This document shows, piece after piece, positions 23,401-38,300 of a stretch of DNA of 64,000 nt. The stretch is taken from positions 1,116,001-1,180,000 of the forward strand of contig JAYWIR010000050.1 of assembly GCA_036172245.1 (NCBI GenBank), read 5' to 3'. The position numbers were made by a program, and so were the translations under genes. Below the pieces are notes generated by a model. The model made no database searches and was not told the DNA's origin. It worked only from the letters and a program-made list of their open reading frames with translations. Positions within the stretch are counted from its first letter, which is position 1. Every line of letters starts with the position of its first letter. This DNA is from Raillietiella orientalis (taxonomy: Eukaryota).

Positions 23401-25621
23401 AATCAGCTCGTAGCTGTTTCAGTTTCTCGAAATTATCTTCAATGCAATCTCTCAACATGGCGTATGTCAAGATTTGATTAGTCAAACAGCCAAGAATGCG
23501 CAATTTGCTACCTGCTTAGAACATATCTCATGTATCATATTGAAAGCATTTTATCCAAACTACGCTTACCTATACTTAGTTCAAAAACGCTTTTCCTAGA
23601 TAACTCCTTCAACAACATTGGTTCATCTAAGCGGAATTGGATGGCGGGATCGTCTGAAGATGTATAACCTCCACGCTGCTGGTAGTGCCATCTGCTACTA
23701 CTTTCAGATATTCCACTTCCTGAACTCAAAAGATGCAGCCTCAGTACTTCACTCAGTGTATATGGATCAAGTGGAAGTTTGCCAATGGGCAAGTGATGAT
23801 ATAAGTGACTCCAAGAAACAGGTGCTGTGGCCATGGATGCAGTGTGTGACATACACATCGTCTCATCAATATCAACATATTCTAAAGAATGGGTATTACA
23901 GCTATTATTCAGAATCCTTACTATGTGGAAGCAAAGGTTCTACTTGGACTTCTTCTTCTTCCTCACTTTGTAAGAAAAAAATAGTACGTAGAAGAAGCTG
24001 AAGAAGATCAGACAAAGGGCCATGAAGTTCTTGTTCTGCTACAGCTCTCTCCAACCAATCAAATAATTCCATACCATGTGGAAGTTGACTACCTCCACCT
24101 ACCAACACACCTCGAAAGGTGTTAAGAAACTCCACTACCATCACAAAGTCACCAAACAAAGAATTGGGAATGCGGCAATGTACAGGACTTGGAACAGGAA
24201 TAGGCTGCATAAATCAGCAGTTGGGAAATGAAGAGCACCAATAATTACTTTGAGATCATCACATTCAAGGTCATCTTTAGGACGTGACCACTCTTTCATC
24301 CATTCCGCAAGAAGACGCTTCTCTTCTCTTCTTTTCTCCCTATCCCTCATACGCTCTTCCTGTTTGCGAAGCCTATCTTCTTCCAGTTTCTCTCTCTCCT
24401 TTTCCATTCTGTGAATCATCTCTCTACAGCAAGCAAGTATAAGCAACTCTGATAGCAAAACTTACTTCTTATCATAATGTTGGTCACCGAGTTTCTGTTG
24501 TCTTCTGTGATCAAGAGGATTCCCAGTTTTAAAAGGAGATTTCCTAATAGGATTCACAGTCTCTGGAAAATGAGGTATAGGGCCAGCAAAAATATCCCCG
24601 AGTCTCAAGTCACGTAACTTATATTTATTCTGAAGTGCATCCTAAATTTCAGGGCATAAAGCTGTTTCTCAAGTAACTTTCACAATAACAAACCTTGACT
24701 TTCCAAAAGCTACCATTAAGTTCACATGATTGCTTTAAATACATTCTGCTTTTCTCTCGAGTATAAATTCCTTTTGGACGACGTACATCCTCACCCCGTA
24801 TAACATGCAATATGGGTTTGATATCTCTATCATTATGGTTTTTAGGGCATACTTCTTCAACCTCATATCGGTATAGGAAAGAAGGAAAAGCACCGGAAAT
24901 ATTTCTGTCAGGTGAACTAAATGAACAGAAAAAAACAGTAGTAATTATAACATACACAAATACCTTGAAGTACTGTTTCCACAAATACGATATTCAGCTA
25001 TCTGAGACGAAGTTGGTGGAATAATGCGAATCACACGACATTCACTCCTAAAACAAACATTGGCAATAATACCACAGAGAGGTTCAATTATTGAACATTC
25101 AGTATGGTCAGTGAAAAGCATCTTCATCTTACCAAAAATTATCAATTAGGGCTTCTATGATTTCTCCAACAAAATATCGATCTTTCACAAACTGGAACAC
25201 ATCCTCCCATAGATCTGATATCTTCCCACGCCTTGTGATGGAAGCAATCCATAACAAAGCTCTTTTCAGCTACAGAATTGTTAATGATGTTTTCTTCTAT
25301 CAACTTGAATAAAGCTTACTTCAAAAGAAAAGTTGCCAAGGCATCTGCGGGCTTTTCTTTCACTTTCAAGAGCTTCCTGAAAGGTTAAGTTGGGCTTTCC
25401 AGTAACTTCACATGTCCACACCAAGGAATTGCACAAAATAACCCTTTCAAAGAATTCGCTGAAAATAAGTGGGCTTTCATTCAAAGACAAGATTGGTATT
25501 AACTTTACTTATAGTCTCTAAATACTTCTTGAGTGAGATGACAATAAAATAACTCTTCATTGGGGTTTAAACCTACAGGTGGTTTATTCCTGACAAATGG
25601 GTGTCTTTTCAATAAAGGCAT
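20466..25621 (-). CDS. BAZ1A: ACF1/BAZ1A chromatin-remodelling subunit (WAC, DDT, WHIM, two PHD fingers, bromodomain); last exon approximate
   Basis: [35 protein letters not shown] (WAC); [11 protein letters not shown] (DDT); [31 protein letters not shown]...[20 protein letters not shown]...[13 protein letters not shown]; bromodomain SWPF...PDY...PMDL...YN. Confidence 0.95.
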
Positions 25622-28600
25622 GACCACGCTGGATCATCTATTTGGTGTCTGAATAGCTTTCGTGTTTTTTTTTCAACCGAAACCATAGAAGCTTCTTACC
25701 TGCAATTCCGTGTATACAAATTTCAAACAATAATATGACGGTTAAAATGAGTATCTGCAAATACATATAACCCAACGATCGGAAATTGACTTGCAAACTA
25801 CATGCACATGCTTTGATTTCATAAAGCAAACTGTTTCCCAAGGAAATATATGCTGGCAATTACGAGAACCTTCCGTATGTTCTGAAATTATGTCCACAAA
25901 TTTAGGGGGAGAACATATCGTAATCACGACAATCCAAAACAGTCGCTGCACTTCAATGGAGCCTTTCAGTAGCAAAATTTGTTTCAAATCCTACGCATCC
26001 TCCTGCCTACACTGAAATGTGCTTTGACACAGTGTACGTAACTTCTAGGAACCATAAAACTATTTCAGCTATGTTTTCATCGCGTACCTTTCCATGGCAC
26101 AACCAAATTCAGACTTTCCGTATTGAATAATGAATAACCAGTGCGATGGTAGACTCCAGAAAATCCTTTGCCACAAAAACTTATCGGAGACCAAAATGTT
26201 TTGGATATTTGATGTTTACTCGATCTCGGGAAGTGTGATACAAGAAAAGCTAACCACTGCGATCCCGTTTCATGATTTCACGGAACTCTCTGAGCAGAGA
26301 ACGCAAATGCAACGATACGATAGGTACTTTCGTAACAAAACTTAGATTAGGAGAGTAAATGGTCAGCTACACGGCTTTCTTTCAGGGGCTTTCTTTCTTT
26401 CTCTTTTTTTTTTTTTTAAAAAAAAATTCCCATTGCTTTCATCGTTCTTACGGAAAGCTCGACTAAGCAAGATTACCAGTAATCGGTGCTATAAATTCTT
26501 GGCTTCATTCAAGCTAATGATCGTCTCGAATATGCTTCGGTGACAACTTGAGCGAAACAGACGATTCGTGGTAACATTCGAAACGTAACATGTATTCTGA
26601 CATCAGCTACTCTATTGATTTGCTACGATCAACAGAATTAACCTTTGAAGCCAGAACCAAATTGCTCGGTCGAACTTTCGTCGGGATGTCTTGCATTATT
26701 TTGAAACCTTTTCAAGGTTCACAATGGGATCAGTAAAACCAAAGCCTATTTCGCTGGATCAACCGTCAGTGTCCTAGAAGCACCATCTTTACATCCATCT
26801 CTTGAATTGCTCATAATCTAAATCAACCACAGGATTTTCCACTGGGCTAATATGTTATAATCCAGCCCACATACGGAACTCAGGTTCATTCAGATATTCC
26901 CTGCTTACATATACACAAATGTAAAAAGATGTGTTCAATGAAATCATGTTGTAATTAAGCATTAGTGAAAACAAACCAGGTTATTTCCTCACCGTTTTTA
27001 TGCATATTGAACTCTTAGTTTAATAAACTGATATAAAAAGAATCGTGAAATTCTTTCCAGTGAGTGAGACAGTGGAAACTATGTAATGAGCAGTTACAGG
27101 AAATTCCATGATTACATTCACTAAATCAAAAGCCCTTGGTGTCATCATTCTAATATCCACCGAAGCATTGTTTGCAATCACCTTGAACCCATGTTCATAG
27201 GTAAATCTGTATTTCATTATCATCGTGATAAAATATAAGTAATACTTTCTCAATCTTATAAAAGCAAGCACAATCAGATGCAAAGAGTCATGTACGGATA
27301 ATTTCGGAATTTTAAAAAAATCTCAAATCAAAGAAATATGCAAGAAAGAAATTTCTACTCTATCAAAGAAGCGGTTCTTCCATTAACCTGTCTACGGCTC
27401 ACTATTTATAATGTCATGAAAGAAATCATTTTTTAAAAATCATCTCCTAATATAAATTCATATGTGATTCTTAAAAAACTCCAGAAAATATGTAATATTA
27501 TGCGTGAGTATCAAGGTTGAAAATCTATTAGTGACGTAAAATAGTATCCAAAGATGCTTGCATTCAAAACAGTGATTCAAACTTGTTATCATTACAACCT
27601 TTCAGTTTTGTTGCACTTTTGTTAAACAGCTATGCGAACGGACTTTCAGTGCTCCTCTCAACACTTTAGCTTCATAATAAGTAGAAAATAATAACTATTT
27701 GATGGAATAAAGAGTCAGATTTTAGGTGTTTAAATAACATAGAGAAAAAACTTTTGCACTTCCCAAAAGTATGCTTTTTTCTTCCACGATATTGTTAAAA
27801 TGAAAAATGAATCAATATTTGTAAGAATAGGATCCAGAATTTGTTAGGAAAATTAAATTGTACCTTCTATTTTATTTTTTTTCGCCAGTTTCTTGGAGTG
27901 GGCTGCAGCTTTCTGAATGCAACTATTGTTCCACGAGGCATTTATTCCTAGGTCCTAAGCAAAAATTTACGGTAGCGATCAGAAATTATTTTTTTTAACT
28001 GCACAGAATGGAACGAACTCTCTTTGTACAAAGTATAAATCCGTTGTTCATTTTATATGCAAGTCATGTTTATTCCCACATGTAGAAGGATTCTAAGTTT
28101 CAGTTTTCATTTAACCAACTCATAGAGATTCTATACGCTCTTTAAATGCACAGAAACTTTTACTAAAGTCCAAGAAGAGATCGCTTTTGTATTCCTGGAG
28201 CGTCGTCAAACATAAGTGTATAAACATAATTGCTTGATCTAGCAACTGAATTTTGATTCAAAAATAGTACTATTCGATACAAAACATGAATATAATTTTC
28301 GTTTACGAACGCATCAACTAAAAGAAATCCAAAAATCAGTTTGCAAATTGAATCAAAAAATCAGTCATCTTAACCAATGAGCCAAGTTTATTTAGAACTA
28401 TATCTTCTCGCATGATTTTTTCATTATAGAAGCATGTGTGAGGTTAATTGAGGAATGCACATTGAGCGAGACACCTCATTCATGCTTTCTGACATCACTG
28501 TTTGCTGGTTTTTTTTTTTTTTTGTTAAAATATCCTCCAAGCCTTAAAGGTTTGTTAATGTGTGCAGACAGTCTATTCTTATTTCGTCAAATGTTGGTCT

Positions 28601-30689
28601 TTCCTAGAATTTTGCGTAATTGACGAACATGAATATTTGTTACTCGTTAACGAAGGTGTACAGACACATTCAAGTTTTCGGTTCAATCTCACAACTGTTT
28701 CCCTAGTCTAAACACAGTGTGCATCCTAAAGTGTAAAGCTATGGACACGACGAAACCGCAAATTTTACTTGCAAACGGGGTAGAAGCTTATAATTTGCTT
28801 ATGAAAGTTTGATTCATTTGATTTGAGTATCAGGAATACCAGCGAAGATGCACGTTTTGGATTTTATGTTTGTATAATGATTATCGAGCACTTCGGTATA
28901 TTCTTTGATTTCTTGTATGTTTTTCATGCTCAAGGTACATGACTTTTGTGCTTCCTTTTGCTTAATACCTTGAGTAATCTCTTCCCAGTTTTCTGCGTCT
29001 CTGATTTTTTCCTATCCACTGATAATTTGTCTATGTCCCTGTTGGATATTTACGTAGCTAGTTTTTTTCTAGGGAATTCTCCAGAGATCACGTCTTTAAG
29101 TATCGAATACTTTCTCTCAAGGTGCCCGCCATGATAATTCTCTTTGATAAGTGATCTGCCTGTATTTCAGTAAGAAATTCGAAAACAAATAGAATATGAT
29201 TTTTACTATAATCTTCATGATACTGATACTAAAATAAAATGAATTCATGCCATTTTGACCACAGTACATATCACTGCAATGAAATTCTTGGGGAAAGCAG
29301 CAGTTTCCTAAAAAATGTGTACCAGCTTTTTCGTATGCACGAATGGAATTGCACAATACAGGTTACGATTTCAAGAAGTTACATGTATGTGATAAAGGTG
29401 TATTCTAAGCGTCAGGTGATGTACTGTTACCCAGTATGCTTCAGAAATGAGAACACAGAGATCTTAAAATAGGGAAATAAGTTACACATTGCTATTTCCT
29501 GAAATTTAAGGAAAGTTGCACGCAGAACCATACCATCGATCGTATGTTCAGAACTGAAATATCAATGCGGCATGACGGTTAATGGTCCATGATCCTCAGA
29601 GAATTTTCACGAATGCCACCAGTCAACACTTTTTTTGTTCTGGTGCTTTTCTAGCTTCTCAAACTTTGACGTGATTCTCGTACTTGACGGCACTATTTGA
29701 TGGATTCCTTACGCCTGATTCGTTTTCGGCTCCTCACAATAATATAAAAAATTTGCAATGTATATTCTAGCGATGTTAGAGCAAAACCTGAACCTAGTTT
29801 CCCTTGAGGGTGCTTTCATTACTTACATGGTAAGCATGGAAGGGAAGACTTGCAACCCTTATTCAATAGCATTACATCTAAGATGAGAATGCACTATAAA
29901 TCAGAAGTAAAAAATTCGTAAGCAAGCCAAGGTGTGTATCACTTGACCTTTTTTTTACATAGAAGTGGCTTGTACTCCTGGCACCGAGGATAATGTCAAG
30001 TTTGCACGAATCCGGAAATCTGCTTAGCAGCTGATAAGTTTGAAAAGCATGAAGGGAAGATGCGAATAAAATGTTCTTCGTACGAAGGATTCGCATGGGC
30101 TTGCAGCTTATTCAATGCCATCTTTATACTAACCAAAACCTACTGCAATCATTTCGTATATCAATGCGAAATAACTATTCAAAGAAAAATTGTTATAGTG
30201 AGCAAACAATAGTTTGATCTCGGCCAAATGCCTCTAGAGTAGGAACAAGTCATGAATTAAATTTTATTTCTTCGTTTACAAATCATCATCTTTAGAAAAT
30301 GGTATAATTATACATGACACAAATGAGACATTGCCCTGATTTCTTCTGTACAGTATGAAAGTACCACATATCAAAAAATAAATAATTGGATTTAATCGTG
30401 ATTTACCAATAATTAATGATTTTACAAAGGGCATCATCTTAGAAGCACTCTGCTCTTTGTAAATTCATTGTTTTGGCCAATGACGGGAAGTTGACTCAAA
30501 TGATCAGGGGAAATTTTTGGTAGAAGTGCTGAATGCAATCGATCTGATTAATGTCATGAAGATACTTGAAAATGTGAGATGAATTCATACCAAACATGTA
30601 ATAAATAGAACTGAAAGCAAATGAAGTAAAGGAGTAAAGTATTCTCCAGCAGATTGTAAGAAAGAATGAAAACTGATGAAGAAAATAAG

Positions 30690-32376
30690 TCATTTACAGG
30701 TAGAAGATACATGGACAGGTAAACACTGTTTCTTTTTTGCTTTCATGTCAGTGAAGAAATTAATAATGTCTTCTTCACGCACCATTTTCTTGTTCTCAGC
30801 AAAGCTTCGAAGGTATTCCATCAATTCATCTTTGAGCTCATTATATTCTGAAAGATCTGATGAGTTTGAAAAAATATGTGGCACTTACCATGCAAGGCTT
30901 CCACTTTGCGCACCCGTCCAAGTGAATCCAGTGCTTTAAGTTCCATTTCATAGCAGGATTGTCCCTTCTTTTTCCCTTGCTCCTCATAAAATTTTACAGA
31001 GTCCTCTTCATCCAAGATGTAACAAATACCATGTTTTGCATAGAGATTCTAAAAAAATTATTGTAATCAATTTGCACTTACGTACTTTGCAATCAACACA
31101 AGTACACAATTTGCTTCTCCAGTAATCAGGTAAAAATGCAGCTCCTGTCTGCGAAAATGAGGAGGGCTTCCGTGTGCAACGTTTTTCTCCTGAGAATAGT
31201 GCATTGTCATGCTGCTGCAGTGCACTAAATTTACAAAAGCGTCATGTAAGCAGCAACTACCTGCACATCGATACTCTTCATAGAACATGGATCATTTGAA
31301 GGCTGTGCCTCATTACTCTTGGTCTCTAAAACTAAGCTAATCAAACAATTTGGGCATTTTTCACATACCAGTCTCTAAGACATCCAGTAAAAAGGAATGT
31401 TTGGAGATGCACTGGTGGCATATCATTTCTTCATAATCATTCAATAAAGGAATTTGAGTACCTAAATGCTTTAATTACATCTTGAATTTAGAACAGTGAA
31501 CTGAAAGAAAACACACCCTTCCATGATACCAGTCTTCACACAGCACACATTGTATCATTTCATCATTTATTTCATCTTCCGGATCTGGATAAGGACGGTG
31601 ACAGATGCAATACAAACCATGGAAATTTTGATTATATTTATTATCAACATTCTCTGGGTCCTTATTCTGGAAACACATTTGAAACTGTAACAAGTTACTA
31701 ACCCCTAAATTGACTCACCGGAAAGAGATGACAGACTTTACCATTAAACTTTGAATTCCCACAATCACATCGAAAACATCTAGGAAATCAATGATAAAAT
31801 AGAACGATATAAAAATAATTTTTAATAAACAGAAATCAATGAAGTGAAAAATATAAATGATTATTCTGTAATCACCTTTTCGTATAGAGTTCTATTAGAT
31901 CATGATCTTCATGACAAACATAACTGCATGCTAAACAGACACCTGCAAATGTATTCCTTGTATTCACACAGGTTAGGCATGCATATAAGGCTTGTCTTTT
32001 CATGTAACCCTAAAAACAAATTCACGATTACAATTCCGATGGAATTTCCAAACTTCCAAGAAAAAAACATTATGTAAACATATTGGTCTGAGTTGGCTTG
32101 TGAAAGGCCATTCGCCATCTTAAAACAATCAATATAAATGATGAACCGCGAAACTAATCATCGATCAGAGATTACACAAATCACAATAACCAATCAAGAA
32201 CCCTAATTCAGCCCAATGAAGCAGTAACTTCATTCAGTATGCTTTTTACATACTTTTGGATACGTGCAATTCTTATCGTCGCTAGCTCCTAAAACTGCTA
32301 TTGCATCTGTTTCAAGTTTTTTCTCTTCCTCTAACACTTCGAGCATGGTAATTCCATTATCATTGTCTTTCTCCAT
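30690..32376 (-). CDS. UBR7: Putative E3 ubiquitin ligase UBR7 (UBR-box plus PHD-like finger)
   Basis: TMLEVLEEE...AVLGASDDKNCTY; NKYNQNFHGLYCICHRPYPDPED...MIQCVLCEDWYH; YNELKDELMEYLRSFAENKKMVREEDI. Confidence 0.93.
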
Positions 32377-35309
32377 CACTCGGTCATTGAATTCGATAAT
32401 TCCGAAGTCAGCACCTGAAACAATTTGTTAAAAAAGCTCATCCAGTCAAACCTTCCCAGCTAAATCCTTCCACAGCATTGGGCCAGCAAAGTATTGTCCT
32501 CGCACACACTGCACTGACATACGCATGCAATCGGTTAGGCAACGTTGCACTCACAGAGTGAAAACCTATAATTTCCCAAATGAACCCATTACAACGGTAG
32601 GCAGCACGATCGTAGGGGGGGGGGGGGGAATAGCACTTCTGTTTTATCACCACGAGTGGCAGAAACGCTGTCAGCATAGCTGCTCAGAAGTGAACGTGAA
32701 TTTCATCATCACGACCAACCGTAGGCAGGGTGCACCCAGCGCGGAGAATGGTCGGAGTGGTGGGGCCCCCCAAACTGTGAAGAGAAACGAGAAGAAGGCA
32801 CACGACGACCCGTTCGTCCGAGGAAATCTGTTCTAAATCTACGATTTCCAAAATGGCACGACACACACCCGGACTCTCCAAGGAACTGAACACGAATACG
32901 GAACGTGTCGACTCTCGAAATTCAGAGCACATTCGATTTTCAAACGGAATACCTCTGATGGATTCCTTTTCGTGGGCCCAATTTTCCATCTGTCGAAGAA
33001 CATTGGGTTTCTGAATTGGAAAACAGAGGGACTTAAACACCTACTGTACACAGTCCCCTATAAAACCCATCCACCATTCTACTTGAAAGATGCTCTGCCC
33101 GCAAAAAATTAATAACCAACGGACGAAAGTTTGATCAGGACAAAAAAAAAAAAACAACATTTGAAAACATCAGAAAAAGAGAACACCCTGCGTAGAGCTT
33201 CCATGCGACCAAAAAAAAAAAAAAAAGGAAAAAGAAAGGTTGAGCTCAATTTTGAGCCGGAAATCCGTTCGCCACCGGCGTCGGAGACATCGGTGAATAC
33301 AACAAGAGCTGTTGTTAGCGGTTGTACAGAAAAGTTCGTTCTTGCAAAGCACATGGAACGATGAGCTACTGGTAGAAGCATTCTCGGGAAGCAGAAGAAA
33401 TCACGTTTGTTCAAAAAAAACATGGATGGAGAACCTGTTTTCTTAGCAAGCATGGTCACACTAAGGGAGCAAAAATATTGGTCAGAAAAAAAAAAAGAGT
33501 GAAACCATGGAGCGAACGCATGATAATTAATATATTCCTTGATTTTCACGTTCAACGGGCAACCGAGACGAGAAACTTAAACGCGACCAATCATTTTGCT
33601 GATGATATGTCAAAAGTTTGGAACCAAACTTCGAAGGTTCGACACATCACAGCATAAGACATGTGCCAACGGAAGGTATGCAGCATATTGAGAGAGATAC
33701 ATTCCGAGAATGTCTACCGGTCAAAAATCAACTAACAGTGACAATTACCCAAGGCGTGACAGATAAAGTAAACCATGATTGTGGATAAATCCCTAGTTTT
33801 TTATGCTGAAAAATTGTGCCAACGTAAAACTCGAGAGATTCCTTCGTTAATGTAACTGATTTCGTGCAGACGAAATCGACAGGTCTTGTGATTCGCGTTC
33901 GATGAAGGAAACCTTCAACATTGAAGAATTGGTGAACGTCTCCTTATTAAGTTAAAAGATATTCGGTTCCTTTCTGAGCAGAAGACTTGGCATCCTTTCC
34001 GTGAATCGGAAACTTGGCCTCTCTCAAAACCGATTCCCTGCGTATACTGCAATTTCTCGAAACCTACTTACATGCCGAACGCTTTATTTAATAAGTAATA
34101 AATATGATGAATCCAATGGGCTACGCATATGCTTTTCATGTGAAGATAGCTGTAGTTACTGGCGTGATTCGACTCAAAAATTCATTTCGGCTTTATGAAC
34201 AAGCTTCCCTGGATCCAGATAGTCAATTTGGAATTTTCAACTTAAATCCTGTGCCATACTTGTCAATTTCGAAAATAACTTCATAATGGAGGAAAAATTT
34301 TCTGTTTTTTCGATTCTTGAGATCTGTATGCTTCGTAAGATATGCACGTGGATATTAGGTGAATAGGAGTGCAAGTTTAGTAATGGGGCATCGATGCCTT
34401 GTTTCAATACAAGAAGGGTGGGCAATCTTGCGATGGTTCTGTCAGCAGCACAGTTTGCAAGTTTTCAAACTAGTTTTGAGACAAACACAGGGAAACAGCC
34501 CGTTTGTTCTTGCTGACGTCAAGCTAGTTAGGAACCACCGTCAAATAGATGCACCGTCTTCAGATCAACACGTTTTTGACAACTGCCTATTTTGGGAATG
34601 CATTGCTGTGAAGCCATAGGTGTGTGGGGACTGACGCAATGGAAAGGAATGCATAGAGGAAAAAACAGGAATCGGAACTCAAACCATTCATTCAAAGTTT
34701 CGAGCAAGCATTCGTGAATTCACGTTAGTCTCAAAAGCCACCTGGGAAAGAAGTGGTGAGCAAAGATATTTCAATTAGCTATGAAAGACCATACGGGGCG
34801 GTACCATATGGGTACTCAGGTGTGCCACATGCAATATGAAGAACGGGGAGTAATCCTGGAAAAGTCCAAGAAAGAATATAAACACAAACGAGGTCTATCG
34901 AAAAAGAAATCGGGAAAAAGTGCCTGCTTTTGTGAGATGGTGAACCGTGTGCACACTACTCGCTAAGATCTTCGTGTTCGCGATGACGGTTCAGCCAAAA
35001 TCAATTCCAATACTCTCAAATATCAACGCTGAAATCCAAAAATGATGATGTGGGGATCCTATAGAACATTGTCAGAAAAAAATAAAATAAAAATCCTTCA
35101 TAACGTAGGCCAGGATCTATTTGTCAATCTAATAGGAAGTGCCTCGTTAAACAGATTTTGTAAAATCAACTCACGATCTCTTAGAACACGGCACACCCCT
35201 CATCAAGCACAGAACGTGCTGAACGACCAACACATACGGGAAATGAGAAAAATGCTATTCATATTCGCAAATCTGTTAATTTGTAATTTTTTTTTTATTT
35301 TTTTAAAAA

Positions 35310-38300
35310 TTAGCATGCTTGGAATTCCAACTTCACTCGAATGTTTACAGTGGCCAGCTGCATCACCAGGTACAGGAAAATGTAGGGCATGTTTACTGTC
35401 TCCACCCTGCCGCCACTTTTGCAGACGGAGCAGACGGCCACGGGTTTCTGCAGCAACTTTTCGTTCCCATTGAAATTTCTGTCGCATCGGATGGCCGGCG
35501 ACAGAAGACTGCCGCAGGTCAGGCAAACGTGAACCTGAAAAGAGAGGTGGAAAAAAAAAAAAAAAAAAAAAAAGCCAACGGAGAGAAATCGGGCGTCATC
35601 TCCGGTGTTTCGTGCATCCCAACAGAAGACACGCACGGTGCCATCATGGAACGAAGACGCCGGAAACACCCGGGCGACCCGAAACACGAAATTCCGACGG
35701 GCACGCAACTGTAAGGTCAAAATCAAGAAGAAGGAAATAAGATGAAACACATAGGAAGAAGGTCGGAAGTGTACGAATGGATACCGTGAAAGCTCACTTT
35801 GGCTTTTGCTTTCTTTTCTCCCTCTCTTTTTTTCTTCCTTAAGTAATGCTTACGCTGAACGCACCACAAGCCATAAGTGACCGCAAGTTCCGAAGAATAT
35901 GAGTAGCGGCGCCAACCCAGAAAATCCACATATGCTTCGGAAGGCTGTTACGTGGTTCATCCGCCAGTGTGGAATCTTCGGGATAAAAAGTGCATGCGAT
36001 GTGGGAACAGGAACCGGAAAACGAAAGGAGAGCGCTGGCGAAAGCTCTCAGCCCGAACGCCGAGAACGGATACGGCGGAATCGCTGCAGAATCCTCTGGC
36101 ATGGGCAGATGCAAGAATCTTTCGCACTGCCACAGGCATCTCGGGGAGGAGCGGTTGCTTGGCAGCATGGAAAATGTACATGCGTTGGAAAGGGAACAGG
36201 AGCACACAAGAAAAGCTGCAATCGCCCAGATGCAGACGACGTTTTCCTAAAAGTCAACATCCAGGCCGAACGGAAGGTATGCACGTTACCCCGCACGCCT
36301 CCGATGCTTGCGAGGGAAACGAAGAAAAAGGCCGTGCACTTTCCCGTATTACTGAACGACCATGGTGCTACTGAGCTTCTAAGCTTCCCACTTTCCCATC
36401 ATCCGATTATCCGGCAATAAGAGCAATGGAGTGGCAAATGTCCGAATCCGCGCCACTTGCAAGAATTTCCGGGCACGAGGGAATCCGAAATTTCGAAAAG
36501 GACATTATAGGGAACGACAATTACGTATGGCAAACAACACACACTGCTAATGAGTTGAGAGTGCTGTGATTCCGGAAAAAGATGTTGGCAGCACAAGTTC
36601 GAGCTGGAAAAAAACGTCATCAAATGGATGCAACCATACCTTGGTTTTGTCCGAGCAATGAAACAAACGGTCATGAAGCAGGAAGGAAGCTCCATGGGAC
36701 AACAGGGAGTCCCGTTCCATTTCACCGAATCGAATTCCTCCACCTCTTGAACGTCCTTTCACAGGCTGCTTGATAACGGGGTTCACTGGACCAGTACTTC
36801 TAACCTAATCAAAGGAAAGACTTTAAACCAGGAAGCAACGGTCAAGATACGGATGAAGTCCGCAAATGTGCGCGCAAGAGAAAACCAAAAGGATACAGAT
36901 CAAGTGCAAAAACAAGGAATTCACGGTAAATACACCGTCGGGGGAAGGAAGGAAATCTTTCTGTGCCCGAAAGCGGAGTAAGAAAAGCATTTCTTCAGCA
37001 GAGGATTCTACAGAAGAGAGAAGCACGGTCGACCATTCTCAGGGGTTTGGAAAATTTGCTCAAGTTAAAGATTCCTAGAAACAGCACTGAGATACCTAAA
37101 TAAGCGGTACGCAAACGTATGGAGTCCGTTCCTCTCACGCTCGGGGAGGGATCTCCCCGCAAGGGGGGGGGGGGGATCGCACCTCCCACCCTGGTTGCCT
37201 TCGGAGGGAACCCCCTTCCTCATTCTCTCCGGAGGCCCCCCCCCCCCCCAGGAGGAGGGTGGTCCACTCCATTTCATCTTCTCCGAAGGGATCCGCTGAA
37301 GTGTCTGCTGATGTCGAAATGACGTCGGTTCCTTTTTTTTCTTTTTAATTTATTTCTTCTGGAATGTGGTCTCTTTGAAATTACTGAATATTTTCGATGA
37401 GGACTTGGCGTTTTCATACACGCACGCTCATGGAGTTCTCATGTGTACAGATGTCTCTCTCCGTGAGTGGTGGGGACGGTTGAGGAGGCGGCTGGGCGAG
37501 ACCCTCAGTTGGGGCACTCAAGTCCTGAGAAAACACGCCCAAGTCGTCCCAAGTCTTATGCACCGGGTCAACCAACATGCGAAATGAAGTGCTGCACATT
37601 TCGATGCGAAAGTTTAGGACGGAAACGATTAAGGATAAAGAAGGCAAAGATTCATCAACAATAAGGATAATAAGGAATAGTTCGCTGAGAATGACGTGAA
37701 AACCGGGGGAAAAGTATCAAGCAATGGGAACCACCCACATTCCTCAATGATTCGAAAAGAACAATTTAACCAACGAGAACGGAGTGAAACAGCAAGAGTC
37801 AGCAACACATCCCCAACAAACCGGTGCCATTCGGGGTTCAACATAAGATGAAAGAAATGAGATACAAACAGGGAAGCAGTGATCGAAAAAGAAGAAGAGG
37901 GAAACGAAAAATGGCAGGGCGTTCAGGTACTGAAGGAAACAAATCTCTAATTTGGAATTGAAATTCAAAAGTGGCTAGTTTGAAATTCACTAGAGAAGCT
38001 GGCAGTCCGTTCAGTTTGATTATTCAGCTTGTGGCGTACAAGACAATAACTTTTTTTTTTTTTTTTATAGGTAAAATGGCTTCCCGTTGCTGAATTGCAC
38101 TTGATGTATACTTGAAACAAATGCCTCAAAGGTCAGTCACTAGGAGTACGAGCTAAGGGACAGTTACTTAGTGCGCTTACCTGCCATTTGTCCGTCACCA
38201 TATGACGTAATCTTTGATAATAGATTACCCCAAAAAATATTTCAGCCTCTAATAATCTTCCGTCTATTCCACTGTGCATCAGCTCTGTACCATAATAATT

